NCBI GenBank assembly: GCA_965287045.1
Contig: OZ336873.1
Span: forward strand, 98,084,001 to 98,148,000
Length of the DNA: 64,000 nt
Direction of reading: 5' to 3'
Source: Carcharhinus amblyrhynchos
Taxonomy: Eukaryota
The position numbers and the translations under genes are program-made. Under the pieces are notes generated by a model. The model made no database searches. It was not told where the DNA came from and saw only the letters and a list, made by a program, of their open reading frames with translations. Position 1 is the stretch's first letter, and each line of letters opens with the position of its first letter. This document shows, piece after piece, positions 12,445 to 25,155 of this stretch.

Positions 12445-13800
12445 CACAACAGGAGTAGACCAAACAGTCCGTAGAGCCTGTTCTGCTGTTCAATAGGATC
12501 ATGGCTGATCTTGGACTTCACCTCCATTTTCCTATCCACTCACAAATATACTTTGATTACACGACAGTCTAAAAATCTGTCTATCTCAACCTTAAATATA
12601 TTCAATGAAGGAACATCCTGAACCCTCTGGGTTAGAGAATTCTGAAGATTCATAATCCTTTGAGTGAAAAAAAAATTCCTCAGCTTTGTCCTAAATGATC
12701 AACTCCTTATCTTGAGATGGTGAGCTCATGTTCTAGATTCTCCAGCGAGCAGAATCAATCTCTCAATGTCAAGCTCCTTCGGAATCTTCTGTGTTTCAAT
12801 AACCTCTCGTTCTCTTCTAAACTCCAGAGAATACAGGCCCAATTTACTCAGCCTTTCATTATAGGATAACTTCCTCATCCTAGGAACCATTGTCATGAAT
12901 CTTTGCTGTTCTGCCTCTGTGCAAGTATATCCTAAAACATGGAGACCAAAATGGCACATAGTACTTCAGGTGCGTTCTCACCAAAGCCCTATACAGTTGT
13001 TGCAAGGCTTCCTGCACTCCAATTTCTTTGCAATAAAAGCTATCACACCATTTGACTTCCTAATTGTTTACTGTACCTGCATACTAACTTCTTGTGTATC
13101 TTGCATACCAATCCAGTCTCGCACTTACCAATTTCATGTCATTTAAAAAATATTCTGCTTTTCTGTTCTTACGACCAAAGTGAATAACTCTACACATACT
13201 CGACCTGCCAGTCTGTTGTCAACACATTTTAATCTGTCCACATCTTTTTTCAACCTCACTGTGTTCTTCTTGCAGTTACATTTCAATCTAACCTTATATT
13301 GTCAGCAAACTCAGATGCATCACTTTATATCTGTATCTAAGTCATTAATATAGATTTTAAATAGTTGGCACTCCACAAGTCACAGCTGACCAATGTGAAA
13401 AATCCCATTTATACCTACTCGTTGCTTCCTGTCCATGAGCCAATCATCTATGCATGCTAATTTATTACTGCAAACTTCATTAGCCCTTATCTTGCCTACC
13501 AATATTTTGTGTGGCACCTTATCGAACATCTTTTGGAAATCCAAGTATGCTACATCTAGTAGTAATCTTTTATCTAACCTTTTTAGTTGCATCCTCAATA
13601 GACTCTAATAAATTTGAAAGACACAATTTCCCTTTCATAAAACTATGTTGACTTTGATTAGGCTATGATTTTCTAAATGTATTGTTATGACATCCTTAAT
13701 AGTAGATTCCAGCACTTTCTCAATTACTAAAATCAGGCTAACTATTCTGCATTTCCTTCTTTTCCCTCTCCCTCCCTTCTTGCGTAGCAGTGTTAAATTT
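12445..13800 (-). mobile_element. CR1 LINE relic (RT domain and 3' end)
   Basis: Minus-strand peptides DVAYLDFQKMFDKVPH, DWLMDRKQRVGING and LSYNERLSKLGLYSLEFRR; frameshifted. Confidence 0.9.
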
Positions 13801-14656
13801 GTAGCCTGGCAGCTGTGTCTATTTTTAAAATTCAAAATTTGCTAAGAGCCCCTCAAGGTGGAGGTGCTCTCTCTCTATTACCTGAAATGACAGACTGCAG
13901 CTTCTCCTGAGCTGGAGGACCTTGCTGGGTGTCTGTTCCCCACACTGTTTGGAGTTGGGACCCCAACAGTCAGGATCCTCTATCCAGGCAGTCAGAGTTG
14001 TCATACTGAATAACTATGGCATGCATTCAGTGGGATTCCCATCTGCAGTGTGGAGCCCAAGAAAAGGGAAAAACATCTCTGATCTGGGATTCAGGCATTG
14101 AAGATTGTGTTTGAATGTTCTCAGGGCAGGTAAATAAATTATTTTTCACAAAAGTACATTTCTTGGGCAAAGGGTTTGTAATCCCTTACAACAGTAAGGG
14201 ATTACAACAGTAACATAATACAAAAGGAATATCCCAGCATTCCAACTACCTGATATTACCATGGTTTTAATAATAGGAGATATCTTAAATGGGCATTTGT
14301 TTTAGTATTAGCATTAAATGTGAATAGAGCCACTTTCAATAGAGCAAGCATGTTCAAAGTTCTATGTCTATTTGGACAGAAAATCACAGAAGTGCCACTT
14401 TGTGCAGATGACAAATGCCTACCTTGAGAACAAGCACAATTCCAATGGATAATCTTCCCTAGCATGTTACCATATCTCAACTGGTAGCACACTATTAGGC
14501 TTCAGACTTCAGATCTTGCAAGTATAATCTAGGCACACACTAAAGAACTGACTTCTTGGTTAAGTGATCATTAAATCTGTAATGAAAAATAGATAATTAT
14601 GATCTTCTGAAAAAATGAGATGAAATAGATCTGCTTCATCCAAACCTCATGTGACC

Positions 14657-14805
14657 ATAAGAAATAGGAACAGGAGTAGGCCATTCAGCCCTTTGAGCCT
14701 GCTCCACCATTTAATAAGATCATGGCTGATTTAACACTCACTAAGTCTACTTTCCTGCCTTATTATCTCTGTAACTCTTAATTCCCCTACTGATCAAAAA
14801 TCTAT
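14657..14805 (-). mobile_element. CR1 3' UTR fragment
   Basis: CATAAGAAATAGGAACAGGAGTAGGCCATTCAGCCC is the reverse complement of the tail of the CR1 at 57372-58375. Confidence 0.8.
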
Positions 14806-15833
14806 TGAACCTCTAGCAATTTCAATGTTCCATGAATACCTTCCACACTAATATTCCTGTATTTTCTTTATTTTGCTGTAATTGCAATGGTTTGCATGAT
14901 ATCTAAATGAATGACAAAGAACAAGGGATAAGGGAAATGTTCATCTTTCTAAAAACCATTAACAATATTCAAAAGGTCAGCTTTGTTGTAAGTCACTGAG
15001 TGCAGGACAGAGTTTTCCCTTCGTCATATTGATGGGAAGAAGGTGGAGGTTGATCTCCTTCAGTAACTCTTCTGTATCCCCTCATGTCTGTTAACCAGGG
15101 TCCTCCCATCAGGTCTACCTTTGAGTTTGCTGAGAACATGTTGTGCAGTGCAAGGCTACAAGGCAAAATTGGATATGTTACAAAAGAAACATTGCTAGAT
15201 ATGTGTAATATTCCATTTACCATTGAAATTTGTTAATATTAAAGCTACAGAATAGCAAAGGATTAGTGTACTAACACTCAGAATCTTATGTTGCTATGTA
15301 AACATTGAGAGCTGAGCTAGACAGGACTCAACACCAATCTCTGAATTAAAGGAATCTTTCTGTGGAAAGAAAGGGGGATGGGTACATAGCGATGAGAGTC
15401 ACAATTGAACCAGCTCTCCTGCCTCCTGAAAATCAGGTACAAAGATAATTGGTGTAATCACTTGCATATTTACAACAAGAATTGATCCAGAGGGTCAAAA
15501 ATGATGGATTATTTACAAAGGAAGAACATTCAACTGGAAGTATTAGGTACAAAAGTGCAGAAGTGTTTCTGATGTGTATCAATAGATCAATTTTGGACTT
15601 AGTAAACAGAGCAGAAAGGTAATGCTATGTGACTGTAAACCAAGGATTAAGCTACAATTAAGAGTTGTGTTGAGTTTTGAGCACCCTATTTTAGAACGAG
15701 TTATAAAGCCATAAATTCACCATGATAAGAAACTGTTGTTAGAAAATTGAGATATGGGATTGTCATAAGCTTCAGGTGTGTTGTAAGTACCCCATATTCA
15801 ATGATCTGCTCAATCCTGTAAGCAGACTCCATT

Positions 15834-15959
15834 GAGCAAATTTTCCCATTCCACCCGCCACAGGAATCACAGTGGGTGAGGGGCAGACCATAGAAAGGTC
15901 TGTCAACATCAGGCGGGATTTTCTAGTTTGAGGGCGAACACGCCTGGAAAATCCCACCC
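15834..15959. mobile_element. ~130 bp MITE family copy
   Basis: Ends GGAAAATCCCACCC with internal GGCGGGATTTTC. Alignable by eye to 47421-47546 and related to 26528-26665 and 59010-59122. Confidence 0.6.
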
Positions 15960-16089
15960 TATATCCTTTATACTCTGGTATTCTAATACTTGCCCTGTCT
16001 AATATCCAATAAACAATGCATTGCATACTTGATTATTTTCTGTGGCAAGGTGGCCAAGTAATTGAAGCTTTTGATTCCCCATCTAAAAG

Positions 16090-17580
16090 GCACTGCAGGT
16101 TACAAATGGTTGTCAACCTTGCAGCACTCCCTCACAAAGAGGCATAAAGCATCCATCGGGTGGCCTTCACAATCAAAAATGAGCTATCTGGTAGCTCAGC
16201 AGCTCCCCCTCATGACTGCCCTGTTCACCCAGAGGAGGAATCAGTATGCCACTGTCATCAGTCCTTATGCATCTACACTTTGGACAACAGACATGACCAA
16301 GGAAGAATTATAAACCAACCTTGAGAAATCCTTAGCTTGAGTCCCAAGAGACAACAAACTAATTGTCCTCAGAGATTTCAGCTGCAGAGTCGGGAAGGAT
16401 CTCTGGAAGGATGTGTTAGGCAAGGAAGAACTATGGAAAGTAAATTCCAGCTGAGTCCTCCTTCTGACGAAATCTTGTCATGACCACACCCTGTCTTGCC
16501 AGCAAGACAAGCACAAAATCTCTTGGCATTACCCACAGTCCAAACTCTTGCTTGACTGTGTCATCTCCACCTAGGGACTGCAGAGATGTCCATAACACCT
16601 GCCCCGTGACAGGCACTGATGATTGCTCGACCAATCAGCATCCTATTCTATATCTCCATCAAGCAGATCTTAAAGTGACCCAAAAGATACAGGACCTAAC
16701 CAAGCATAGGTGCAGAACTTTAGTTGACTGGAAACCCCATTACAGCTCAAGACAAAAGAGGCATTCCTACAGGCAGCTGAAGGCTGAGGTGTAGCTTAAA
16801 ACCCGTGATATAAATAGCAAATAAAAAGCCTGAGAGATCCAGCAACTTGCAGACATGGCATTTCTTCAGCAATGTCCATGGCCCAAGCACTACAGGACCC
16901 ACCCCACTGAAATTCAAGTATAGAGGCGAGATCGTCAAGAACAAGGAGGCAGTCAGTGCTTGTTACAGGAAATATTTTGAAGGCCTGCCGATTGTGGAGG
17001 CCCCTGCTGCATGACACATAATAGATCATTGCCAAGAGCCTCTTGAGAAACTTCATCCCAGTGGCTGAGGAATGCAATCAGATCTCTAGTGTGATTTTCA
17101 TCCATAAAGAAGCACCGCAGACCTGTTGTGAAGCCATATGGGAGCATTTGGCTGCCCTCAGAAATTTGTCACTATCTTCTGCCTGCTTCATGATGACGTA
17201 CAAATCATGATCCTCACCACTGCAAAGCCTATCACAGTGAAAACCAGGATCAACCATTATTGCACCAAATAACTCTCCATATTCCTGACTGAAATTACAC
17301 AGCTCACCTCCAGCAAATTACCCACATGCATGGGGATAAGCTACAGAACAGAGAGGAACTGTTCAACCTTCAATCCAAAACCAAAATCACTTCAATTTCC
17401 CTCATCTAGCTTCAATGTACAGATGATGCTTGTGTGTGTGCTCACTCAGAAACTGAGCTCCAGGTCATTGTCAACTCCTCCACTGAATGAGCATTTCAAA
17501 CAAAACCTGGAAAACTAAGGCCCTCTTCCAATCAGCTCCCACAGCAAAACACTTGTCCCAACCCTTCACTTCTCCCCAAA
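16090..17580 (+). mobile_element. RTE-clade LINE relic (endonuclease to RT, internally deleted)
   Basis: QYATVISPYASTL resembles the ATIISAYAPT endonuclease motif. AAACTAATTGTCCTCAGAGATTTCAGCTGCAGAGTCGG resembles KLIVLGDFNARVG. CAATGTACAGATGATGCTTGTGTGTGTGCTCACTCAGAA resembles QYADDACVCAHSE. Confidence 0.75.
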
Positions 17581-20094
17581 TCCTGAAGTAGGAGATTTTA
17601 TTTAAGTTTTTAAAATGATGAAGAATTTTGATTGGGTGAAGATGAAAAGAATATCTAGTCAAGCTGGGGGAGATAGTGGTGTGCTAATGTCACTGGACTC
17701 ACACAAGGTTAGAGGGAGAGAAGACAGAATCTCCTTACTGAAATCCCATTTGCATACTTCCCAGCCAGGGAAAGTTTTGGTTATGGATTCAAAGCAGCCT
17801 GTTTCTTGCAGTATGCCCCTTGGAGGTCAATGATTGGATTACAGGAAGTAAACTCCTTGAGTGAGGGTTTTTTTCCCTTCAGTGAAAAACACAAAGACTT
17901 ATTGTAATATCATGGAGAAAAAACCTTGTATTTAAGTACTCTTTGCTTTCTTTTTTGTCCAGGCCAACATATTTCTAGGAGAAGACACCATTAAATCATC
18001 AGGTTTACTGAAATCACATTTACTGCAATTGTTACAAACAACAACATCTTCACCAAGTCAGGTAAGTTTAGCTTTCTCATTTTACATAATTCCTAATAAC
18101 ATTCATTCAGAAAATGCTTACAATGCAAAAAAAGTGACCCAATTTAGTGACTTGACATTGATTTCCTTTTTATAAATTCCAAACTGTGACCTTATGGTCC
18201 AATAACATTTTACACGGCACTTAGCACGTAGATCAAATGGTATACAAGTGGGTGAGAGGGACCTCAATATGAAATGTTTAAATCTGAGGAGGAGATAGAA
18301 CCAAAGTCACAGTGTTAGCTTGTATCATTGTAAAAATACTGGTAGCTCAGGTGCTGAAAGAATATAACTTCTAATGTTTGGAAGATTCTAATAAAGGAAA
18401 CATTAAGAAATTATAACTGATGCAACCAGTTCTAGAATTAAATGGTGTAAGTTTGGCTTGAATATTTGCAGTTATTTTTTGTTAACAATGAAATAACTTA
18501 TTAAGTTTTTAGAAGTAAGAAATGTATATCTGTATAACCATAAAGGTTTGTTGGCAATGTACATATCTCAGCAGCTCCTGTGCTATTTTCCATTACATAC
18601 CAACAAGAACCATATTCATGAACAGATGGCTCGTTGTTAAGCTATATCATTATGTGCTTAATGTTTTTTTTGTCATGTTCTTAAGTACAGTCAGTGATTG
18701 TTGACTGCAGCAAAACACAATTGCCCATTCATTATTCTTACTCCAGGAGAGCAGCAATAGATAGGTTATGAATTCCTCATTTATTGTTTTCTTTGCGAGT
18801 AGATTAAATAAATTGTTTGATCAGATTTCTTCCTCTCTCTAAACATCTCAGAAAATCTACCAGCATCAAATTTTGGCATTTGACAGTGACGCACATTTAA
18901 CATCTCGTGGGAGCAGTTGAGTTCAGTAAATATGAGATACATTTTATGATGCTGTGTGCTAATCTAGTGGAGTCCTGCTGCAGTTGTGTGGAAAGGAAGT
19001 TCTCATTCAGTGCTTTCAGACCAGGTTTTTGCTTTTCATTTTCTCATGCGCCGAGTTTCCTTGTGAGGTGAATCTATCTACTCCAATGAATTTGACTAAA
19101 TAATGCAGAAATAACATTAGACATAGCAGAAATTTATTTCCTGAGATCTAATTTGCTTAATGCATACACTGTACGCCTTACCATTATAGGTTCTTGAAAT
19201 ATTACGCAGTTAGGAAGTGGTCCAGAACTAAGAACAAACAGCCAGAGCCACATGTTATATTTTGTTTCTTCAAAGCTCCAATCTATGACAAATACAAAGT
19301 TAAGATCTGATCTATAAGACAGAACATAATGCTCTCATCTATAATGAAGAGGGCTATAATTTGGTCTAGCATTTTGAAAGGCAATGCAGGTACATAATGC
19401 AGAGCATGATGACGTGGTTCATAACAGACATCTGTAATTTGGTTTACAATGCTCCTGTGTATGATATACAGAGTGCTTTCTTTCAGCCTATAATACAGAG
19501 CATGATCCAGCCTAGAACTATAGAGACTGAGCAGAGTAAGTCTTTGTCTTAGTGACAGCATTTCTAATTCTCGAGTTGGAAAGTGTAGGCTTCAGACATG
19601 CCAGAAGGATGGTGAAGAGAGCTCCAGATTTAAATTCTAGATCGACATCCAGCAGTGGATTCTTATTTGCTAGTATAGTGCCCTTTGCATCATTATATGG
19701 GTTGTGGGAGTGCATGAAGTCTCTTCCTGTATAGTATGAACTGCCCTATTAGCTGAAATAAAGATGGCTTTGACCACAGAAAGAGTACCTGCATTATAAC
19801 TTAACGAACTATTAATCAGCCTGTGAATCCTTCCACTATTTCTTGGGGAGAATGTGAAGACACAAAGACAATGACCTTGATGCACACAGAATTAGCATAA
19901 AACAATAGTCAGAAAACTTGGGAGTTTAGTTATAAACAACAATGACATGGGGTTGTCGGAAATCTGTAGGATATTTATCTAAATGTGGTAACTAAATAAT
20001 TTATTGGGGATTTTTTAATTTGAGTTGGTTGTAGAGGAAAATAAATGACGGTATGAGAGAGATTAGTGTGAAAGCTTAATTCCATATATAAAGA

Positions 20095-20309
20095 TGGCAC
20101 AAAGAAAAACCTTTTCTACACAGCAAGGGTAGGATCAGGAATGCACTGCCTGAGACTGTGGTGGAGGCAGATTCAGTCATGGCTTTCAAAAGGTAAAGGT
20201 TAATTATCTGAAGAGAAAACATTTGCAGGGCTATGGGGAAAAGGCAGGAGAGTGGGATTAACTAAATTGCTGTTGCAGAGCTCTTGCAACCAAACTATGA
20301 TTCTATGAC
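20095..20309 (+). mobile_element. CR1 3' end fragment
   Basis: GGAATGCACTGCCTGAGACTGTGGTGGAGGCAG...GGCTATGGGGAAAAGGCAGG...CTATGATTCTATGA. Confidence 0.75.
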
Positions 20310-20569
20310 ATGTTGGAACAGTCAGTTGCAGAAATTAGTTTTTGAAACACACATTTACTGGAACTAGTGACTTAAAAAAAACTTCAAGGCTTTTAACCAT
20401 TTCTAAAGACACTCCCAATATTATTCTGGCAAAACAATGTTTAACAGGTAGTTATTATCTACATGTGAAAACGCCTACAAAGGAACAACTTGTATTTACA
20501 TAGCTGCCTGATCTCAGGACATTCAAATGCACTTTACAGCCAGGAAGAATGTTTTAAGAGCAACCAGTG

Positions 20570-21651
20570 CTGACCACTCAGCCTCCCTCTGTGTTAGGTG
20601 ATATTGTTAATGGTCCTCTCTCTTCAAGTGTTGTACTTTTGTCTTTTAAATCTACTGTCATCATTTTTTCAAAAAGCCTAGCCTTGACCCTGCTTTTGGA
20701 AATGATCTCCCCAACTCCAATTGTTCTTTCCTTTCCAAAGTCCTTGAACATGTTGTTGCCTCCTAAATTCTTGCTCATCTTTCCCGGAACTCCACATTTG
20801 AAATCTTCCAATCAAGTTTTCACCCCGCCATATATTGAAGCAACTCTTTTCAAGATTACAAATGCCTGTGACTAAAGTAGGCAATCTCTTCTCGTCCTTT
20901 TTGACTTCTCTGTAGCTATTGACATGGTTAACAACGTCACTCTCATGTAATTTTGTTCTTGTCTCGCTCATCAGAGCTAGGGTATCACTTGCAGTGGCTT
21001 CTCTTCTTGCTTCCTACCATTACCCCTGATATCCCCCAAAGATCTACCCTTAGTCACCTTTTGTTTCTTATCTACATTTTGCCCCTTGGCATCAACTGAA
21101 AACACAACACCAGTTTGCGTGTGTCTGCTGATGACACTCAGTTCTATTTCACATTACATCTCTTGACTCCATCACCTTTACTAAATTGTCAAACTATCTG
21201 ACATTCAGTACTGCATGAACAGAAATTTAATCCAATTAAATATTGGGGACACTGAATCCATTTTTTACAATCCCCGCTCCGAGGTCTGCTTCATTGTTAC
21301 CAACACCATTCCTCCTCCATCTCACCCTGTAAACTGTCTGAAACAAAGCCAGACTGTCCACAACTTTGGTATCATATTTGGTCGTGAGATAAGCTTCTGA
21401 CCCACATACATTATTCGCATCATCACTACGGCCATCTGTTTTCCAAATGTGTGACATTGCTCAACTTCACCCCAGCCTGAACTTACCTATCATCATCTTA
21501 TCCCACTTTCTATCTGCTGCAAACTTGAAGTCATCCAAAACTTTGCTGTGCGTATCCCAACTCACACCTAGTCCTGTTCACTTTCAGCCCTGTGTTTGCT
21601 GACCCTACATTAGTTCCTAATGAAGCAATGTGTTCATTTTAAAATTCTCAT
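20570..21651 (+). mobile_element. L2 LINE relic (RT domain)
   Basis: TCCAAAGTCCTTGAACATGTTGTTGCC (SKVLEHVVA), CTCGTCCTTTTTGACTTCTCTGTAGCTATTGACATGG (resembles LVLLDLSAAFDT), GCTGATGACACTCAGTTCTAT (ADDTQFY), CTTAAT-like LNIGDTES. Confidence 0.8.
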
Positions 21652-21797
21652 CCAACACAAAAACAGAAAATGCTGGAAATTCTGAGCAGGTCTGACAGCA
21701 TCAGTGGGGAGAGAATAGAGCCAACATTTCGAGTCTGGATGACCCTTCATCCGATGGTTCTCCAGCATTTTCTGTTATTCAGATTCCAGCTTTTACC
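21652..21797. mobile_element. Penelope-like terminal-repeat relic with internal inverted repeat
   Basis: Perfect 16-bp inverted repeat AACAGAAAATGCTGGA (21662-21677) / TCCAGCATTTTCTGTT (21761-21776). TTAAAATTCTCAT flanks both sides (21639-21651, 21798-21810). Confidence 0.6.
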
Positions 21798-21889
21798 TTA
21801 AAATTCTCATTCTTGTTTTGGGGTGTCATATTATGCTAAAGGTATTACATAATTATAAATTATTATTGCTGTAATACAGAAAATATGGC

Positions 21890-22150
21890 CGTAATAAGGT
21901 TATCTGTTTCAATAAGGATGAGAGATAAATATTGGCCAGAATGCCAAGGAGAACTTCCCTGCTCTTTTTTTGAAATAGTACCATGAAATCTTTTATACCG
22001 TCCAAAAGAGTAGAGGGATCTTGTTTTAACACTGCATCCAAAAGACATCTCCAACAATGTAGCACTCCTTCAGTAACCGGTTTGTGCTCAACACCCTGGA
22101 CTGTATCTTGAAACCACAACCTTCTAACTTCAGTATGCTGCCATTGAGCA
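21890..22150 (-). mobile_element. Deu-domain SINE relic
   Basis: GATAAATATTGGCCAGAATGCCAAGGAGAACTTCCCTGCTC...GAAATAGTACCATG...GCACTCCTTCAGTA is the reverse complement of the Deu domain. Confidence 0.7.
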
Positions 22151-23375
22151 AGATCAGGCAGTGAATGACATGCTGAATTATGCCAGTATTAGAATAGAAC
22201 AGCCAAACATTTTATTACAACAGGTTACTGCAAAAGCAAAGTATAGAAATTGAAAATAATCGAAGTGCTATGTATTTCACACAGTGCGCAGAACTCATAT
22301 GGACAATGTGTACCTGTGTGATAACAGTAAGAGTGCTAATGGTCTTTTATAACATACTTTGTGCTTCTTGACAATTTTATTGTGTGGCACAAGTTGGAGT
22401 GTGAATATGAACCACTGTGGGAAGGTGACTTAAAAGGGGACAATTATTCCTTCCCAAGAAAAGAAAGGAAACAAAGCTGAAGGAGTGTCAATGAGTGTTA
22501 TTATATCTGGGCACAGTTTGTTGGAAAACATACAGCTTTCAATAAAGTATGCTCATTATTTATAGAGGTATTCCTGGTATGGCAGAGTAGCTGTGGACTC
22601 CTGGTACGACCACCTGATGACCTTAAACTCCCTTCAGTGTAGTTGTTAGTTAAGGTTGGAAAAACTGAATGGGATCCAAGGAATTTTACCGTGAAATCGT
22701 TAATTACTCCCATTGAGCAGAAGCCATCAGGAAAAAAAATTAGGAAATCTTGACTTGACAGCTATGCTTTTGAAATATGAAGGCACTCTGATTAGGAAAA
22801 TATATTATTTACTGGTACCACAATCTTGAATCAGCCAAGCAATACAGAGATTGCAGTCAGTAAACACCCCCACATAGACTTTGGCTGCTGCAGTTAAACG
22901 CAATCTGGATAATATACAAATGAATAATGCTGCCATTTTTACGATGAAAATGTCCCTGAAACCAGTATAATGTCAGCTTTAATGGTGTCATAAACTATTA
23001 TAACAGCATACCAAAGCACTAGTGCCAGTCAGACTACTTACCTGGAGTGTCATTGTCATTGAAAAATCAAACATCTAAATTTAACGTAGAATTACCTAAA
23101 AGTGCTTATGTTGAGAAGTAATCGGCTAAAATAAAACAAGAGTGCTGAAATTTCTCAACATCAAATGATAATCGTCCTGACGCTTAATTTTATGAGCAAT
23201 GTAGGAACATGAATCTCACTGTGACCTCAAGCGATAAGTTAACAGTTTGTGCCCTTGAATGCCCTCTGATTGAATTTCTGATGTGATGGCACTGAGCCGA
23301 TATTATTGACAGAATAAAGTGTCACTTTCACTCAGCTGTCTGTTTCAAAGCAGCTAGCCTGGGAATAACTTGTGT

Positions 23376-23697
23376 TTATAGTGCAGAATGAGGCCATTCG
23401 GCCTATTGAGTCTGCACGCACTCTCTGATGGAGCATCACACCTGACCCTACTCACATAACACCACATACTTACACTGATAATCACCCTATCCTACACATC
23501 TTGGGACACTAAGGGGCAATTTAGCATGGCCAATCCACCTAACATGCACATCTTTGGACTGTGGGAGGAAACCAGAACACCTGAAGAAAATCCAGGCAGG
23601 CACTGGGAGAAAGTGCAAGCTCAACACAATCACCCAAGGTCAGAATTGAACCCAGCTCCTTGGCACTGGGAGGCAGCAGTGTGCCACTGTGCGACCC
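23376..23697 (-). mobile_element. HE1/V-SINE-like element, tail type A
   Basis: GGACACTAAGGGGCAATTTAGCATGGCCAATCCACCTAAC...GGACTGTGGGAGGAAACC...GAATTGAACCC. Confidence 0.88.
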
Positions 23698-24281
23698 AGT
23701 CATGTATTGTACTTGCATTAAGACCTTTAAAATGAGAAAAAGGGTAAGCCATTTTAAAACAAAAGATATTTTCACCAAAAATAAATGCATTGGAGTGATC
23801 ACTTTAGTGGTTGCCGTTTGAATCATTAGGAACACGACCATTCTGTAGAGTTTACTGACAGTACCGCCAAGCTGTGGTGTACCTCCTATACAAGTGTCAG
23901 ATAATGCATTCTATAAACCTGCAAGTAACAACCAGCCTCTCTTACTAGAAGAGCTTTGTTGCAAAGCACTGCTTTAAACTATCTGAAAAATGCCTCTGTT
24001 AACAATAGGAACTAGGTACTGGTTAATCGATCAAAAGTGCAATTTAAATGTACGGTGGCAAAAAGGAATAATGGTTTTCTATTTTAGGATATTTTTCAAA
24101 AATTATTGAAGTTCATTCGCATTAGGGTTGGTGAAATAGTCAACTGAAAATCAAATACAAATAATTTTAATATTTGCTTATTGTGGCACCATGAAACTCA
24201 AAGTATTAGCAAAGTTGGCATCCTTTAATTATATGACAATGTACGCAAAACAATGAGTATATCCATTTTCTTTAAAAAAAG

Positions 24282-25155
24282 GCAAGATCAGAAATGGACA
24301 AGTATCTCGCCCCACTGATTCCGCCAGCTCCAACAGTTCTGGACCAGAAGAAATACCGAAGAGAGAGTGCCTCAGTGGTAGATGAGTTTTTTGAGGAGCA
24401 AATAACATCACCATACAGCTTGAATATCAACCTGATCCTGCCTGATATCAGCCACTTAAGAACAGGCCTTTACAGACCAACAAAGCAAGCTCTTCCACAA
24501 GTCAAGACAGAGCCAGTTACTAATTTCACCCAGTCATGCACGTCCACCACAACGCATGCCCTGCCCGAATTCACCAGTGTGTTCAGTGTACCACAGTCAG
24601 TTCCTGTGAATAATATCTTCATCAAGCAAGAAGCCTCTTCCCCTGAGCTACAACTGCCCGTCAGTTCACATCAACCCCAACTATATCAGATGCCAATCAA
24701 TACAGATGTTGTCAACATGCCTTTGAGCTCTACCCAGTCTCTTGGCAACACTACAGTTATTCACAGTTGTAACAGTGTTACCATGTCAACAGGCATGGCT
24801 GGAGCAACCAACCTGTCTACCCAATCTGCAATTAAACACTTCCAGCCTGTTGTATCGACACCAAACAACTTTGCGGTGCCAGCTCAGTTTTATCCGCAGC
24901 AAACCTCATACCTGCCACCCTCGCCGCCAAACTCTCAACCCGGTAGCCCAGAAAACCAGCCTGACCTTATCAATACTCTCTCGCCACCACCATCATATGC
25001 TGCATCAGTAGCATCAAAGATAGTTCATCATCCACCAATGCATAGCCTTCAGACCAGCTTGTCGCCCTGTCAGCCTGGCTTCCAGTCAACAAAATACAGT
25101 CGGCGTAATAACCCAGAGTTGGAGAAGCGACGTATTCATCATTGTGATTTCCCAG
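24282..25155 (+). CDS. KLF5: KLF5-family coding exon 2 (874 nt; transactivation/degron region and start of zinc finger 1)
   Basis: ARSEMDKYL...KKYRRESASVVDEFF...LPDISHLRTGLY...VKTEP...LPEFTSVF...NNIFIKQE...PPSPPNSQPGSP...SPPPSYAAS...RRNNPELEKRRIHHCDFPG is colinear with KLF5. Acceptor AG at 24280-24281 is the only nearby in-frame one. Donor CCAG|GTATGA at 25155/25156, phase 1. Confidence 0.97.
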
